DNA of 64,000 nucleotides, taken from positions 81,406,001-81,470,000 of the forward strand of contig NC_043005.1 of assembly GCF_006345805.1 (NCBI RefSeq). Reading direction: 5' to 3'. Shown piece after piece: positions 37,001-51,460 of the stretch. Every line of letters starts with the position of its first letter. The stretch's first letter is position 1. The stretch is from Octopus sinensis. Lineage: Eukaryota. A model generated the notes under the pieces. It did no database searches and was not told where the DNA came from. It saw nothing but the letters and a program-made list of their open reading frames with translations. The translations under genes were made by a program, and so were the position numbers.

Positions 37001-38464
37001 ATAGTTTATCTATTGCTGAATTTCAACTCTCATTTGCATGTGTAACGAGCATTTGAATAATATTCTATCAAAAAGTAATATTTACGCCCCCTAAAATGTG
37101 AATGTTCTGTTGGAACACAAAATACCATGAGAGTAACTCTCATATTGACTTTCGGTGCATATAAGCACTCTTATTTATATCGCTAGCCGGAGATAAAATC
37201 ACTCACCATCACCACTGCTGGAGACAGCAACGATGTCTCTAACAGAGATATCATTGCTAAATCCAGCGGGCGTTTACCACTGACAAGGCCAGACCAGACC
37301 GAATTCACCTTATCTAGTAGTAAACGAGAGTACTTATATGCATCGGAAACCTATACGAGAGTTTCTCCCATGTTAACCATCACAGTATTTTGTATTCCAA
37401 CACAACATACACTTTTCAGTGATGATAAATATTACTTTTCATACTAATATTAATATTAATGATGCTTTTGTCGCTAATGATTATAGATATTCTATTAGAT
37501 TTATCTGCCTGATGCAGGCAGTGTAATTAACTGTAAAGTCGGAATTGTAATTGCTAATACGGCAGTTTTATATTTATTCATAATTCTTTCACAAGAAGAC
37601 TGAAACGCAGCTGCGCAAAATACTAGAGCGATCTTCAATGTACTGTGTTACTGAAGTGAATTTTTTGAAACAGCCTGTGGTACCCTCTCATAGACACGAC
37701 GACTGAACTTTTTTTAAATATGTTTCTAAGGAAACATATGGGGCAATACGGTAGGAGGCGAAATATCAAATTTCTGACATTCTTCCAAATTACTAACAAG
37801 TCCAACAGAGAACAGACATATTAACATATCGAGTGAATGTGTCCCTCACGACAGTTATATTCATTTAGAGAACGAAAACGTATGTATGCATGAATGTAAC
37901 TATCATACATATATTTGTATTTACCATATTTTCCATACTTTTATTCCCTGAATGAATATATATGTATGTGCAAGTGTGTGTATATATAAGTGAGCGTTTG
38001 TTGTGATATTTAGTCGATAGAAATTGAAATTTGCCTTCCAATTGGCATTATGGTCACGAACACACCAACATCATTATTGCGACTATAGTGACCAAGGGGC
38101 TTTGTTTTGAAACATGCTTAAACTTAAAAAGCATTGGAACTCTATTAAAGGAAACTATTATTAAGTTTTACTGAATGATCGGCTACAAAGAATCGTTATC
38201 AATAAGTTTCAATATTTTCTTTCGAATTTTGGTAGAAAGCCAATTATTTTGAGGTGAGTTGGAAGTCGATTCCAACGATGTCAGTGCTCTTCTCGTATTT
38301 ACTTTATAGTTAACGTTGAAAAGATGAAATGCAGAGTGAAGCTCGGTAGTATTTGAACTCAAAGTTGGAAAAAAAATACCATTTAGCATTTTTCCAGCGC
38401 AGAAATGATTCTGCCAGCTCGCACTCTTAAGTGAGTTGGAAAATTAAAATGATGTTAGCAATAT

Positions 38465-38657
38465 AGTGAGAGGGTTCTGAAAATTCTTGCCTTTATGGGT
38501 GTCGAAAAAAGTTCTATTGCAGGGCTTTAAAAAAAACTGAAGCATTGCTGCAATAAGTGTGTGAATCTGTGAGGGGGAATATGTTGAATAAAATCATAAT
38601 TAACTGATCCTCCTGTATTTTCCTTTACCCAAAGACTAGAACATTTCGGCACCCTCA
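38465..38657 (+). mobile_element. Mariner-derived MITE, degenerate
   Basis: caataagtgtgtgaatctg..gaatatgttgaata..taactgatcc shared with 10565 and 62771. Confidence 0.7.
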
Positions 38658-39192
38658 GGTGGATAGTCAATTCTGGGACACCCTGTATTCTGTGCTTCTA
38701 GATCTATTCTACTCTAATAAAAATAACCACATAGAATGTGATTTTCAAAGAGAATATGAAAATGTCGATAAAGATTTCTTGTGTTTTTTTTTTTATTATT
38801 GCATCTGGATGAGAGAACACATGTAAATGCATCGAAGTGCTTATATTTGCGCCATTGTATTTGTGAAAAATTACAAGAAATGGCATGAAGACTTAATATT
38901 ATTAAAATCAACGTCATCTAATCGATTTAGCTATCATCTTTTAAGCATCATTGGACTTAACATTTTCAAGGATTTTAACTCTACGATATTCATAATTCAA
39001 TCATCTATTATATTTATAGATATTTCATTCCCATCTAATCACACATCCTTTATTCATTTGCTTCCGTAAATATAATTTCTTTTGTGCAACTGTGTATATA
39101 TCTATCATTATAGCTTATGTATTTATTTGTCCATCTACATATTTCTTTCGTTTATATTAACACACACGCATGCACACACACACAAACATATA

Positions 39193-39437
39193 TATTTCTT
39201 TACTATATTTGTTTACTACCCACAAGGGGCTAAACACAGAGGGGACAAAGAAGAACAGACAAACGGATTAAGTCGATTACATCGACCCTAGTGCGTAACT
39301 GGTACTTAATTTATCGACCCCGAAAGGATGAAAGGCAAAGTCGACCTCGGCGGAATTTGAACTCAGAACGTAACGGCAGACGAAATACGGCTACGCATTT
39401 CGCCCGGCGTTATAACGTTCCTGCCAGCTCGCCGCCT
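39193..39437 (-). mobile_element. Full-length SINE family A inserted in a (CA)n tract
   Basis: Duplicated flank cacacacacacaaacatatat on both sides. Confidence 0.95.
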
Positions 39438-42400
39438 CACACACACACACAAACATATATCATTATATATACATCTATGCATGTCTGTACGTGTGATGTA
39501 TGTACAAGAATTTCTGTATGAATGCGTACGTGTATAATAATGAAAAGTGAACGCCTTCAAAACCCACACAAACAAACTTAACAAAAACAACAGAACAAGA
39601 ATTATATGTCATTTGTATTTCTACACAAACTTTCAAACTAATATAGACTTTACAAATCAATACCGACTGTAATGGAAATGAATGATTTATAAAGATCAGT
39701 GATACCCATGTGCACTGCATTGCTGGTTGTAAAATGTAAACAACGTTAAGACAATACAGTAAATCAGCTTGTGGCAGTGATGGCGAATTGCCAAAGTGGT
39801 GGTGTTTAATACAGTTTTTAAGTGCAACAATGATCGAGCAATGACATTTTGAATTACAACAGTCTTCTAATAATCTAATAATCAGAAAAGCAAGTCTTGA
39901 ATAACATTAATAATATAGAAGTGTATATGGTCTGTTAAGTGTTAGCCCGTACTATTAAATCTGTCTTGTGTTTCTACAGCAAACACAAACCAAGTCAATC
40001 AATGAAATAATTATGTATTTTGATTTAGTTATAAGACAACGTTTGTATAGATACAATGTCGTGTGATTGGTTGGTTGATTTGGTTTATTCACAATATGTT
40101 ACGAATATTTCCTGTTTCTGGTAAGAGAATAAAGCTGTTTTTGATTCAGATAGTTTTTACTTAGTACATACATCTGTGAACAATAGCGTACCATACGACA
40201 GGTATTCTGAAAGATTTTAATCAATTTGTTTTATTTTCATTTTGGTTTCTCCAACCAATGAAACTACTATCGAGAATACTGGACGAGTCTTCTTGAAATG
40301 GTTTGCTCGTTGAGGACGGACAATCTTGTAGAACACGAATAGCTACTGTATTTTTACAGAAGCTCCTGTTTCTACAGAGGAATCGGGCCCAGTTTGGTTT
40401 GAAAAACGTAGCAATGTCATAGATTTATAATTATGAGGATAGCGCTTCTGCCATCGTTACAGACCTCAGCTTAGAAAAGAAGCATTTAAACTGAAACGAG
40501 ATATCAATCAAGCCGAATTGAATATCGATATGAATGAAAATGATAGGAAGAATTTTCAGCGTTGATAATTGAAAATATAGATACCTTTTCTAACGATAAT
40601 ACCAACTGTAACATCTCAACATCGTGATTTACGAGTTATCGCGACACCAAACAAAAATGAATACTTTAATATATAGTAATATTAGTAGCATTAGCTAACT
40701 TGGAAGCTTTAGACTCTGAAGATCATTATATCCCTCAATTTTCTCTATATAAAGACATAAATAATTGCAGATACGGCAATTGTCTATGCCTGCAATCGCA
40801 TGTAAAAATCAACATTCCAACGTTCATATCTCCATGGGAAACAAGAATACAATCTTTCTATTTATTTTTTTATTTAAATACTTCTAGTACTGGTGCAAAG
40901 ATAAATAGAAAAGTGGAGACACAGTCGCTTAATAATCTCTAGTATTCAAGGTAATCTCAAGGTAATTACCTTGAGATGTATAATATATTTGTTTTAATCT
41001 TTTCTGCCCATTATTTCAATGAGCTTGTTAAACTTTTTTATATTCTCAACATACTGTTGTCACCAAGGCATGTATATTTATATGGATTATAGTACTCTGT
41101 GTCAACCAATATTCTGTGCATGTTTGAATATACAGATACAATACCAATATCAATTCCTTCTGGAAACTATCTTAAGTATGTCCTTGAGAACGATTATTTA
41201 TGTAATCTTTTGTGCCCAATATTTTAAGGAACTTGTTGAACTTTTTTATGTCCTTAACATGTCCCTGTTACCAAAGACTGTATATATGTAATGTAGCAAT
41301 TTGCAACAACCAATAATTAACGCAACCAAACTTCTACATGTTACTTTTGACAATCTTTTTCCAAAGAGTGAAATAAACATCTTTTAAATTGCATTTTCAA
41401 ACCTTCTTTCGTATATAATTCCACTCGTGCGGTACCCCACATCTCCACTTTGTTTTATATTTATATAATTTTTTGTATAACTATCTTTTATCTGACAGAA
41501 ATGATTTCTTATCTGTTGAATGGTTTTTTCTTTAATGATTACAGTCCAATATATTTTACAAAGACGCATTTACATTTAAACAATAGGATAAATGCGTGTA
41601 TCTAACATTCGAGATTCTTATGACATATTAAAGGAATTTATTCCATTGAAGAAACTTCGCTGGAAACTTAGCTCTTCCTTGTATTTCAAAAAATTCACAT
41701 ATTTCAAATCAATTTTAATCGATTCCTGCCAAATATGGAGGCTACCGTTATCTTCCAAATGAAGAGATGAATTATATTATATAGTATATAACGTGACTTT
41801 TAAATAAGAAGCAGCTCTTCACTCCTTTCTGTCCTACCAATCGCTTCACTGGTACACTTGTAATTGCCTTATCCATATTTCCACATAAGTCAATGTTCTG
41901 TAAGTTAGGAATGAAATGATTTCATTTTAATAGGTAATAGCAAGAAAGTTCAGAACATTGTTGCACAGAACTAAAATGTTATAAACATTTAATGAGATTA
42001 GAGGCACTAAAATACGTATCCTACAATAGAAAGTCACCAGTGTCGCTTCATAACATATACTTACGAAACCGCCTCTGTAATTAGAATTTTCTATTCATTA
42101 GAATCTATCCCTGTTCAATTGTGACAAACACGCGAGAGCATAAAGGCAGCGATATCAATATGTGTGATAGCTGATAGATGGCGAGATTCTGTTAAGACTA
42201 ATAGAAAGTAAGAGCAACACTCTTAATGCAATTATTATGGGTGTTAAACTCCATTTCGAAATGCACAGAGCACAGAGAAAATTTGTAATGTGGTGTAAAG
42301 ATATACGTGTTATCTAACACTTGCACAAATGTGTCGAGATGAGTCAAACAGGATTAGGTAGACATTGATATCAAGGTTGGAGAATAATTGGATTTATATC

Positions 42401-42521
42401 GCTTTGGTTGTCAGTGAAAAACAAGAAACGAAAAAGGATGAGACTAATGTTATTATCACTGATTTCTTACTTTAGAGTGTTTTTGGTATTTTTGTGGAAC
42501 TTATTTTCTGCAGCCATTTAA

Positions 42522-42524
<3 letters not shown>

Positions 42525-42562
<38 letters not shown>

Positions 42563-42993
42563 CATACATACATATATATATACATATATATACATACATA
42601 CATATATATATACATATATATACATACACATATATATACATATATATACATACACATATATATACATATATATACATACACATATATATACATACATATA
42701 TACATATATATACATACATACATATACATACATACATATATACATATATATACATACATACATATATATATACATACACATATATATACATACATATACA
42801 TACATACATATATACATATATATACATACATATATACATACACATATATATACATATACATACATATATATATATACATATACATATACATACACATATA
42901 TATACATATACATACATATATATATATACATATACATACATATATATACATATACATACATATATATATATACATATACATACATATATATAC

Positions 42994-43028
<35 letters not shown>

Positions 43029-43397
43029 CATATACATACATATATATATACATATATATATATATACATATACATACATATATATATACATATACATACA
43101 TATATACATACATATATATATACATATACATACATATATATACATATATATATATATACATATACATACATATATATATACATACATATATATATACATA
43201 TATATATATACATATACATACATATATATATACATATATATACATATACATACATATATATATACATATATATATACATATACATATATATATATATACA
43301 TATATATATATACATACATATATATATACATATATACATATATATATACATATACATACATATATATATACATATACATACATATATATATACATAC

Positions 43398-43430
<33 letters not shown>

Positions 43431-43785
43431 CATACGTATATATATATATACATGCATATATATACATACATATACATATATACATATATATACATACACA
43501 CATATACATATATATACATACACACATATACATACACACATATACATACACACATATACATACACACATATACATATACACATATATATACATATACATA
43601 TACACATATATATACATATACATATACACATATATACACATATACATATATATACATACACATACACATATATACATACACATATACACATATATATATA
43701 TACATACATATATATACATACACATATACATACATACATACACATATATACATACATATATATACACATACATATATATACATAC

Positions 43786-43849
<64 letters not shown>

Positions 43850-43887
43850 AAATAAATACATACATATATTTATATATATATATATAC

Positions 43888-43935
<48 letters not shown>

Positions 43936-44623
43936 ACATACATACATATATATACATACCTATATATACATATATATACATACCTATATATACATATATA
44001 TACATACACACACATACATACATATATATATACATACATATATATACACATACATACATATATACACATACATACATATATATATACACATACATACATA
44101 TATACACATACATACATATATATATACACATACATACATATATATATACACATACATATATATACACATACATACATATATATACACATACATACATATA
44201 TATACACATACATACATATATATACACATACATACATATATATATATACACATACATATATATATATAACATACATACATATATATATATATACATACAC
44301 ATATATATATATATATACATACACTATATATATATATACATACATATATATATATATATATACATACACATATATATATATAACATACATATATATATAT
44401 ATATATGTATGTATATACACACATACATACATATATATATATATATACATACATATATATATATATGTATGTATATGCACACATACATACATAATATATA
44501 TATATACACACATACATACATAATATATATATATATATTACATACATATATATATATATATACATACATATATATACATTTATATATACATTTATATATA
44601 TATATATATATACATATATACCC

Positions 44624-44670
<47 letters not shown>

Positions 44671-44690
44671 TATACATACATGTATATATA
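42525..44690. repeat. Giant compound (TA)/(CA)/(TACA) microsatellite, about 2.2 kb
   Basis: Visible directly; almost G-free on the + strand; source of the 400-670 aa Y/I/H/M/C/V ORFs. Confidence 0.98.
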
Positions 44691-47630
44691 AATCCTTAAA
44701 TCCTTAAAAATGTTTTAGCCCGAAGGCCGCGGCCATCCTGGGGCACCACCGCTGAATGAGCTACACTAGTTTGTGGATCCACCTCTGATACGTGGCACTT
44801 GATCAACAAGGGAGTTCGATGCTGCTGCCCGCATCCGTGTCTCCTGTCGTGAGGTAGGTTCATCTGGGACTCCCAACAAGAAGAGATCCAGTTTAGTTTT
44901 AAAGAAACCCACATCCACACCATGTAATTCTCTCAGGCATTTAGGGAGGATGTTAAAGAGCTGTGGTCCTCTGAAACCAAAGCTGTTGCAATATCTGGAC
45001 CTGTATTTTGATGGTGATGTTGGAATCCTTGGCACCACGCAGCGGCGCCCCGTTCTGCGGTTGGAGTAACTTTGAATGCCAAAGTTTGGGACAAGACCCT
45101 CCAGGAATTTCCAGATGTATATCACTGCATATCTCTCCCGCCTCCGCTCCAGGGAGAAGAGGTGTAATACCTTCAGTCTTTCCCAGTAGCTGACATTTTG
45201 CATTGAGACGATTTTCTTTGTGTAGCTTCTCTGAGTTGCTTCGAGTTCTGCTGTTTGTTTTATATTGTGTGGTGACCAAAGTTGGGAGCAGTAGTCCAAG
45301 CGGCTGAGGACGAATGTTTTCCATAGGACCATCAGTGTCTCCTTCTCTCTTGTTCTGAAAGTTCGGAGAATCCATCCAGCTAGCCGTCTGCATTTTATCA
45401 CCAGATTAGCAATATGCATTTGGAAAGATGCATCATTGCTCATGTCAATGCCCAGGTCACGCACTGATTTTGACTCAGGGATTGCAATTCTTCCTGGGCC
45501 AGTGTATCCAGTCTTCACGTCATTTACCTTTGGGTGCCAGTAGCGCAGGGCCTGGAACTTACCTGCATGTTGTTGTCCTCAGCCCACCTGTATATTGTGT
45601 CCAGCTCATGTTGCAGATGCGCAATATTTTCAGGGTTTTGTATTGCGTAGGAGACTTTTGTGTCATATGCATAGCTAGCAAGGGTGGTCATCGTAGCAAC
45701 TGAAGGCATGTCTGAAAGGGCCACTATGAACATCAGTAGCCCCAAGACAGTGCCCTGTGGGACACCGCTTGTTATTTGCGTTTCCTTGGAGGTGGCTCCA
45801 TTGCTCACAACTGCCTGTTTTCTGTCTTTTAGGAAGTTGTGCAGCCACTCTCCAAGTTTCCCGCCTATGCCGAGACCACGCAGTTTGTGACAGATCATAC
45901 CATGGTCGACTTTATCAAAGGCTTTTGCAAAGTCAAGATATATTACATCCACATTTGAGCCATTTAGTAGCTGTTTCAACACCAGTCATAGTGTTGCAGG
46001 AGCTGTGTTAGGCAGCCTCTACCTGGTCGAAATCCATGCTGGGTGTCAGACAGTAAGTCATTTTCTTCAAGGAACATGATTAGTTTCTTACGGATTATTC
46101 GTTCCATGACTTTGCTGATGTGTGAGGTCAGAGAGATAGGCCTATAATTTTTAGCATCTGCTCTGCTACCTCCCTTATGGATAGGGCATATTACCCCCTC
46201 TTTCAGTTTGACTAGGAGCTTACCACTTGCAAGAAAGCTCTGAAAAAGAAGCTGTAGCGGTTTTGCAAGGGCTCGTTTGCACGATTTGAGAAGGATCGCT
46301 GGGAATCCATCAGGTCCAGCAGCTGAGTTTGTGTCAATCTCATCAATGGCTAGTGTGATATCATCATCTTCGATGTTGATGTACTCAATTTTTGTCTCTT
46401 TGGCCGCTGGTAAAGTGGCAAAGAATTCTTCTGGGTTGTTTACTTGCCTGTGTCCTAGAGGTGTAGTGAACACACTTTGGAACTGTTCGTTCAGTATTTC
46501 ACTTATCCTCGTGGGATTTCCTGTGAGAGAGCCATCTTTTTGGAAGAGAGGTCCTATTCTCTGGTGCACTGTGGCTGTCTCTTTGGCAAACTTAAAGAAA
46601 GCTTTAGGGTTTGATTTTATATTTTCTATTACCCAAGCTTCTTTATCTGCTCTCTCCTTTTCATGGGACTGATGTAGACTTTTCTCAGTTTCCATTAGCA
46701 TTCTTTCGAGCCGAGACTTCTCACCACTTTTGGTGTGCTTGCTCAGGCGGTTTGCAATCCTTGTCCGTCGTCTCATAAGAATCCTCCTTTCTCTAGGGAT
46801 CCTGTTTTTGTTCTTGTGTGTGCTGGCCCTGCACATTGGGACATATTTGTCACATATGGCTTGTATTATGGACATGAAGTGTTTGTGTTTCATGTTTATG
46901 TCCGGTGTGGAGAGACATTCAGGCCAATCCTGTTTGAGGATCTCTTTCTCAATCGACTTCCAGTTGGCTTTATGAAAGTTTAAGTTGGAGAGATGGTGGG
47001 TGCTTCGTATAGGCTGTGTGTCTGCGGGGGATTTTGTTCCATACATAGACAGCTGTATTATTTTGTGATCCGAGATCATTGTCGGCATCACATTAACATT
47101 ATGGATAATATCCATATTGTTTGTGAAGCAGAGATCCAGTATATTATCTGCCCTTGTTGGTTGCAGAACTATTTGCTGCATGAAAGAGGCATTTGTGAGA
47201 TGGAGCAGGGACTCCACCTGTATCTGCTGATGGTGTGTCATCCCTGGGAGCATCTGCCCCCCAGGCCATTCCACATTGGGGAGGTTAAAGTCACCCATGA
47301 AGAATACACTGTTGTGCTGTTCAAGGTTGGTGAGGACTTCTCCTATTTTTGTTAGGCAGTCTTCAAACATGCCTGAGTGTTTTGGGGCATCTGGTGGGCG
47401 ATATGTAGTGCATATGACGATATTCAGTTGTCTTATGTGTACAATTTGAGTTTCACATACTGAGTTTGAATATGACAGCAGGACCTGGGGCGTGAGGTCA
47501 TCTTGGATGTACATTGCAACTCCACCATGGCTCCTCCCTTTTCTATCTGTGTGTATGACTGCATATTGCGGCATGTGTATTTCTGCATCACCTATATCGG
47601 GTTCAAGATGCGTTTCTGTGAGTGCCATAT
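44691..47630 (-). mobile_element. Young 5'-truncated LINE of the CR1/L2 group (APE endonuclease plus RT), inactivated
   Basis: ALTETHL..GGVAMY..YRPP..GDFNLP..LDL..SDH (APE); GPDG..NYRPISLTS..QHGFR..LDFAKAFDKV..GVPQG..YAYD (RT); LERRRER C-terminus. Frameshifts near 45980 and 45565. Tandem TTTAAGGA tail. Confidence 0.95.
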
Positions 47631-47857
47631 ATACATATATATATATATATATAAACACACACATATATATATACACACAAACATATGCATATATAAATGC
47701 ACAAATAAATATATATAGACGCACACACATACGTACATATGTGTGTATGTGTGTAAATTTAATTCAATCTCTCACTAATTCCATTTTCCTCTCCAGTTAC
47801 ATGCATACAAAACATGCATTGTGAGCGTGTATATGTGTATGTACGTATGTATGTATG

Positions 47858-48500
47858 TGATTATTTTAAGATTTCTTGCCAATAGAGAATATCCGGTTTC
47901 TAACCTAGATCCAGGGTTCCTTCACTGAAATTTCAACATCAACAACAGGGTATTTTTGTGTGTATGTATGTATGTATGTGCAGATTTATATGTTTCATGC
48001 ATGTATTCTCATGCATTTACTTGTATATATAGACATGCTCACATATTTTCATATAACTTGCAGGAAAGTTTTACAGATTTTACTGTTCCAGTGATGAATT
48101 GGATTTGTAGTCTTCGAATTAGCTTTCTCCTTTCTGGTTTTCAGAAGCCTAATTTCTCAAAATTGGTATTTAGGCAGTGTGTTACATATCCCAGGGCCCC
48201 AATAATTACAGGTATAAACCTGAAATGGTAATCTGAATCGAGTAACTGTAGACTTCTCAATAGTTCAGCATAGGTGTTCTCTTTTCCACTGATCTTCAGC
48301 TTTATGTTAACATCTGCTGGGTAGCTAATTTCCACAACAGTACACAATTTCTCTTCTCTATCAGGTCTATTATATCAGGTCTGTTGTGCTTACATTTTAT
48401 TTAGGTCTTCACTGGTACATTCCACCAGTATTCATTTTCATTAGGTGTGGCTATGGCGTCTACCATATTGTGGGTTCTTATTCCTTTGCCCTCGTGATTA
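47858..48500 (-). mobile_element. 3' fragment of a second RLE-type non-LTR retrotransposon
   Basis: EYWWNVPVKT*IKCKHNRPDI..CTVVEISYPADVN..KENTY..FIPVIIGALG; flanked by (TACA)n. Confidence 0.85.
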
Positions 48501-48514
48501 TGTATGTGTATACG

Positions 48515-48556
<42 letters not shown>

Positions 48557-48892
48557 ATATTATATATATATATATCTATGCATGTATGTATATATGTATG
48601 CGTATATGTCTATGCATGCTTTTGGGTATGCACGTACGTATGTATTTACGTGTGTATTTTATGTATCACGGGAATCAGCAGTCCGCTACCTCTTTTACTA
48701 AACTACTAAGCATCAATAGTTGCAGCAGCAGCAGTAGTAGTAGCAGTAACAGTAGCTCCAGGAGCATTAGTGTTGACATTCACTAGATATTATTGTAATA
48801 AGGAATCCAAGGAGGTTGACTAAGCCTTTCATATTTTCGGGGTCGATAAACTAAGTACCAGTTGAATACTGTGATAAAAAGTGTGCATCTGT

Positions 48893-51165
48893 TTGTCTCT
48901 ACCATCCAGACGGTCAAACGGCTAGACCAATTGTCATGATATTTTTCGGAATTACGAAGGATGTAATGAGGTAGACTTTTGGCGGAAAAAGTAAGATCAT
49001 ACAGTGGATATTGAGGGCAAGTATTCAGTTTGCGGCCGTACAAAAAAGTAAATTAGAGTAAAAGGGAGAAAACTCCTAAAATAAGAAACAAAGGGGAGTA
49101 AATCAACTTACTTTTCCACTGAATTACGCCATAAGCTTTGTTAGGGAATGATTATGATGAATTTGGCTTATCTTTAATCGCTGTATGACTACTATTAACT
49201 TTGGTAGTAACGATTGTATGCATAAAGCTGTGTAATGCCTTATTAAATTTTCCTTCGTTCCTCGCAATTATGAACTGGTAACGGTAATCAGGAATTGGTA
49301 GGATTACTAGGAAAGCTGCGCTATAAAAAGTAAGAGACAATCTAACAGTGAATACAGACAAGCCCAACAGAATAAGGATTTAGAAGCTCATAGAATTCGC
49401 CATGATGCAGAAGTGAGGGCACTGGAACAGAGCAGGGAAACGCTAGCTGGCCAGAAAAATCCTCAAGTGATATCTTCGGACAGAGCAGGAACACTTTAGC
49501 TCGCCAAGTAACACGCCAAAATCCTCAAGTGAGAGCTTCGGAACAGATAAGGAACACACTAGCTCGCCTAAAATCAAAACAAGAGTAAATACAAGTGGAA
49601 GATAATGACTTGGTAAGCATTTCTCTCACTGAATATGCTTACAGATTACAATATGTTACTTTATCGAAAGTAACATTCCGTTATCCTACTGTTCTCACTA
49701 CTGCAACAGCTTGGGTGTTTATATATGTCGACATTGTTATTCAAAGCACTGGCCAGCAGAACTACTTTCCCTCTGTTGCAAAAACGGTAAAGTTCAGATG
49801 CAATCTATCCCCAATTTGTCGGCAGATATTGTGTTGTTATGGAACGATAACAATTTCATAACAAATATTCGAGCGTATAATAACGCACTCGCGTTTGCGT
49901 CCATCGGTTATGTTGTTGACACCTCGATAACTGGATTTAATCCCAGAGATAAAATCCAAGATAAAGTGTATCACGCCATTGGAGGTTTAATGCCACATGC
50001 CAATCAATCGCCATCATTCGCACAGCTGTACTTCTTTGATGAAACATATGATTGATCTACAAACAGATATATTGACGAAACTACAAGGTTGTATTCGGCA
50101 AGTAAATCCATACGTAGCATCATTTCAAGCTGCTATAGAACTTTAGGCAACTGAGGATATTTCGATCCTTATACACCATGACAAAAAGCTCAAACCATCC
50201 GAGGCTCACTGTCACCAGTACAATTCAGAGGTGGCTGCTTTGGTCCGGGTGATATCAAGAACCCTTTAAACGTAATCATATACTGTCGTAATAAACTCTA
50301 TCCATTGATCGTATGATCCGCTGCATTATGCTTTGCTACTACTGTAGGGAACAGACGGTTGGCAACTCAATATAAAGAAGCCAAATGGACAAATATTAAC
50401 AGCTATGAAGTTTTACGCTTACCAACTGCAAGTAAGAGCTAATTCGAATAATTATATTATGCGAAGTAGACGACTTTTACAGCTGCATGTTGTATATCAC
50501 TGGGCGAAAGTAGGACGGAACACGTTAAGGTGGTCGGAACTCTAACAAATGACAATCAGAGCAGAAAAATACTCAGCGTTGCTTGATTCTGTCAACCAAA
50601 CTGATACAGCAATACCTGGAAGAAGCATTACTCTTCCACCAACCATCACCGGCAGTTCAAGATTTTACAGCCAAGCCTTCCAAAACAACATGGCAATAGT
50701 GAGAGCAATGGGAAAGCCAGATTACTTCATCACATTTATGACAAATCCAAAGTAAATGGAGATACATACCGTCCGATTTCCGGAAGAGCACGTGCAGGAG
50801 CGAACTTATATAGCCTGTTGAGTATTCAAAATGTAGCTCGACGCATTTATTCATGAGCTACAGAAAAAGCAAGTCCTGGAAAAAGTCGTTGCCTACACAC
50901 TAACTATTGAATGGCAAAACGTGGCCTTACACACACATACTTCTTATGGCTAATCGTCAAAACCTGACTGTTCCAGAAATCATAGACAAAGTAGTGAGTG
51001 CCGAAACACCCAACAAATACCGAAACCCGGAGTTATTCAACTCAGTAATGGAACATAATATTCATGGCCCATGCGGTGCTATCAACCCCCAAAGTCCGTG
51101 TATGGGAATAAGGAGAGACGGAGCTTGATGTACTAAGGATTTTCCGTAACCATACCAGTCAGCCA
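48893..51165 (+). pseudogene. Helitron 5' region and decayed Rep (HUH) coding sequence; helicase absent
   Basis: C..C...HWPAE..CCKNGKV, NIRAYNNALAFASIG, FAQLYFFD, LPPTITGSSRF, GKPDYFITFMTNPK, degenerate HUH motif (PYTHILL), HGPCG..NPQSPCM. Many stops and frameshifts. Roughly 21-codon repeats at 49400-49570. Confidence 0.92.
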
Positions 51166-51239
51166 TCTATATACTAGATCAAATCATATCAAATCAAATA
51201 CGTATATACACACATATATATGTATGTGTATGTGCTAGG

Positions 51240-51460
51240 TGTGTGAGTGTGTGTTGCTTGGTGCTTATCTCCCATCATTTGGTTAAGGCTGTTGGTGCCT
51301 TTATATCTCCGTGACTTAGTGGTTCGGCAAAAATACAGACAGAATAAATACCTGGCCTAAGAAATGAGCACTGAGGGCGATTTTATTGGCTAAACCCTTC
51401 AAGGCAGGGCCCCACCATGATAGCAGTCCGATAATTGAAGTAAGTAAACGATAAAAGATA
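51240..51460 (+). mobile_element. Family C SINE, 3' half
   Basis: cttagtggttcggcaaaaatacagacagaataaatac..taaacccttcaaggc. Confidence 0.75.

Noticed and set aside
42155-42285. Minus-strand FLCALC..RISPSISYHTY* superficially like the M2-M3 loop
   Set aside because: In-frame stop, no donor site and no recognisable M2; probably chance.
42472-44699. ORFs of 200-670 aa rich in Y/I/H/T/M/C/V
   Set aside because: Translations of TA/CA microsatellite that are open in many frames on both strands; the same applies to ORFs at 7577-8724, 16168-16730, 17576-18101 and 21308-21574.
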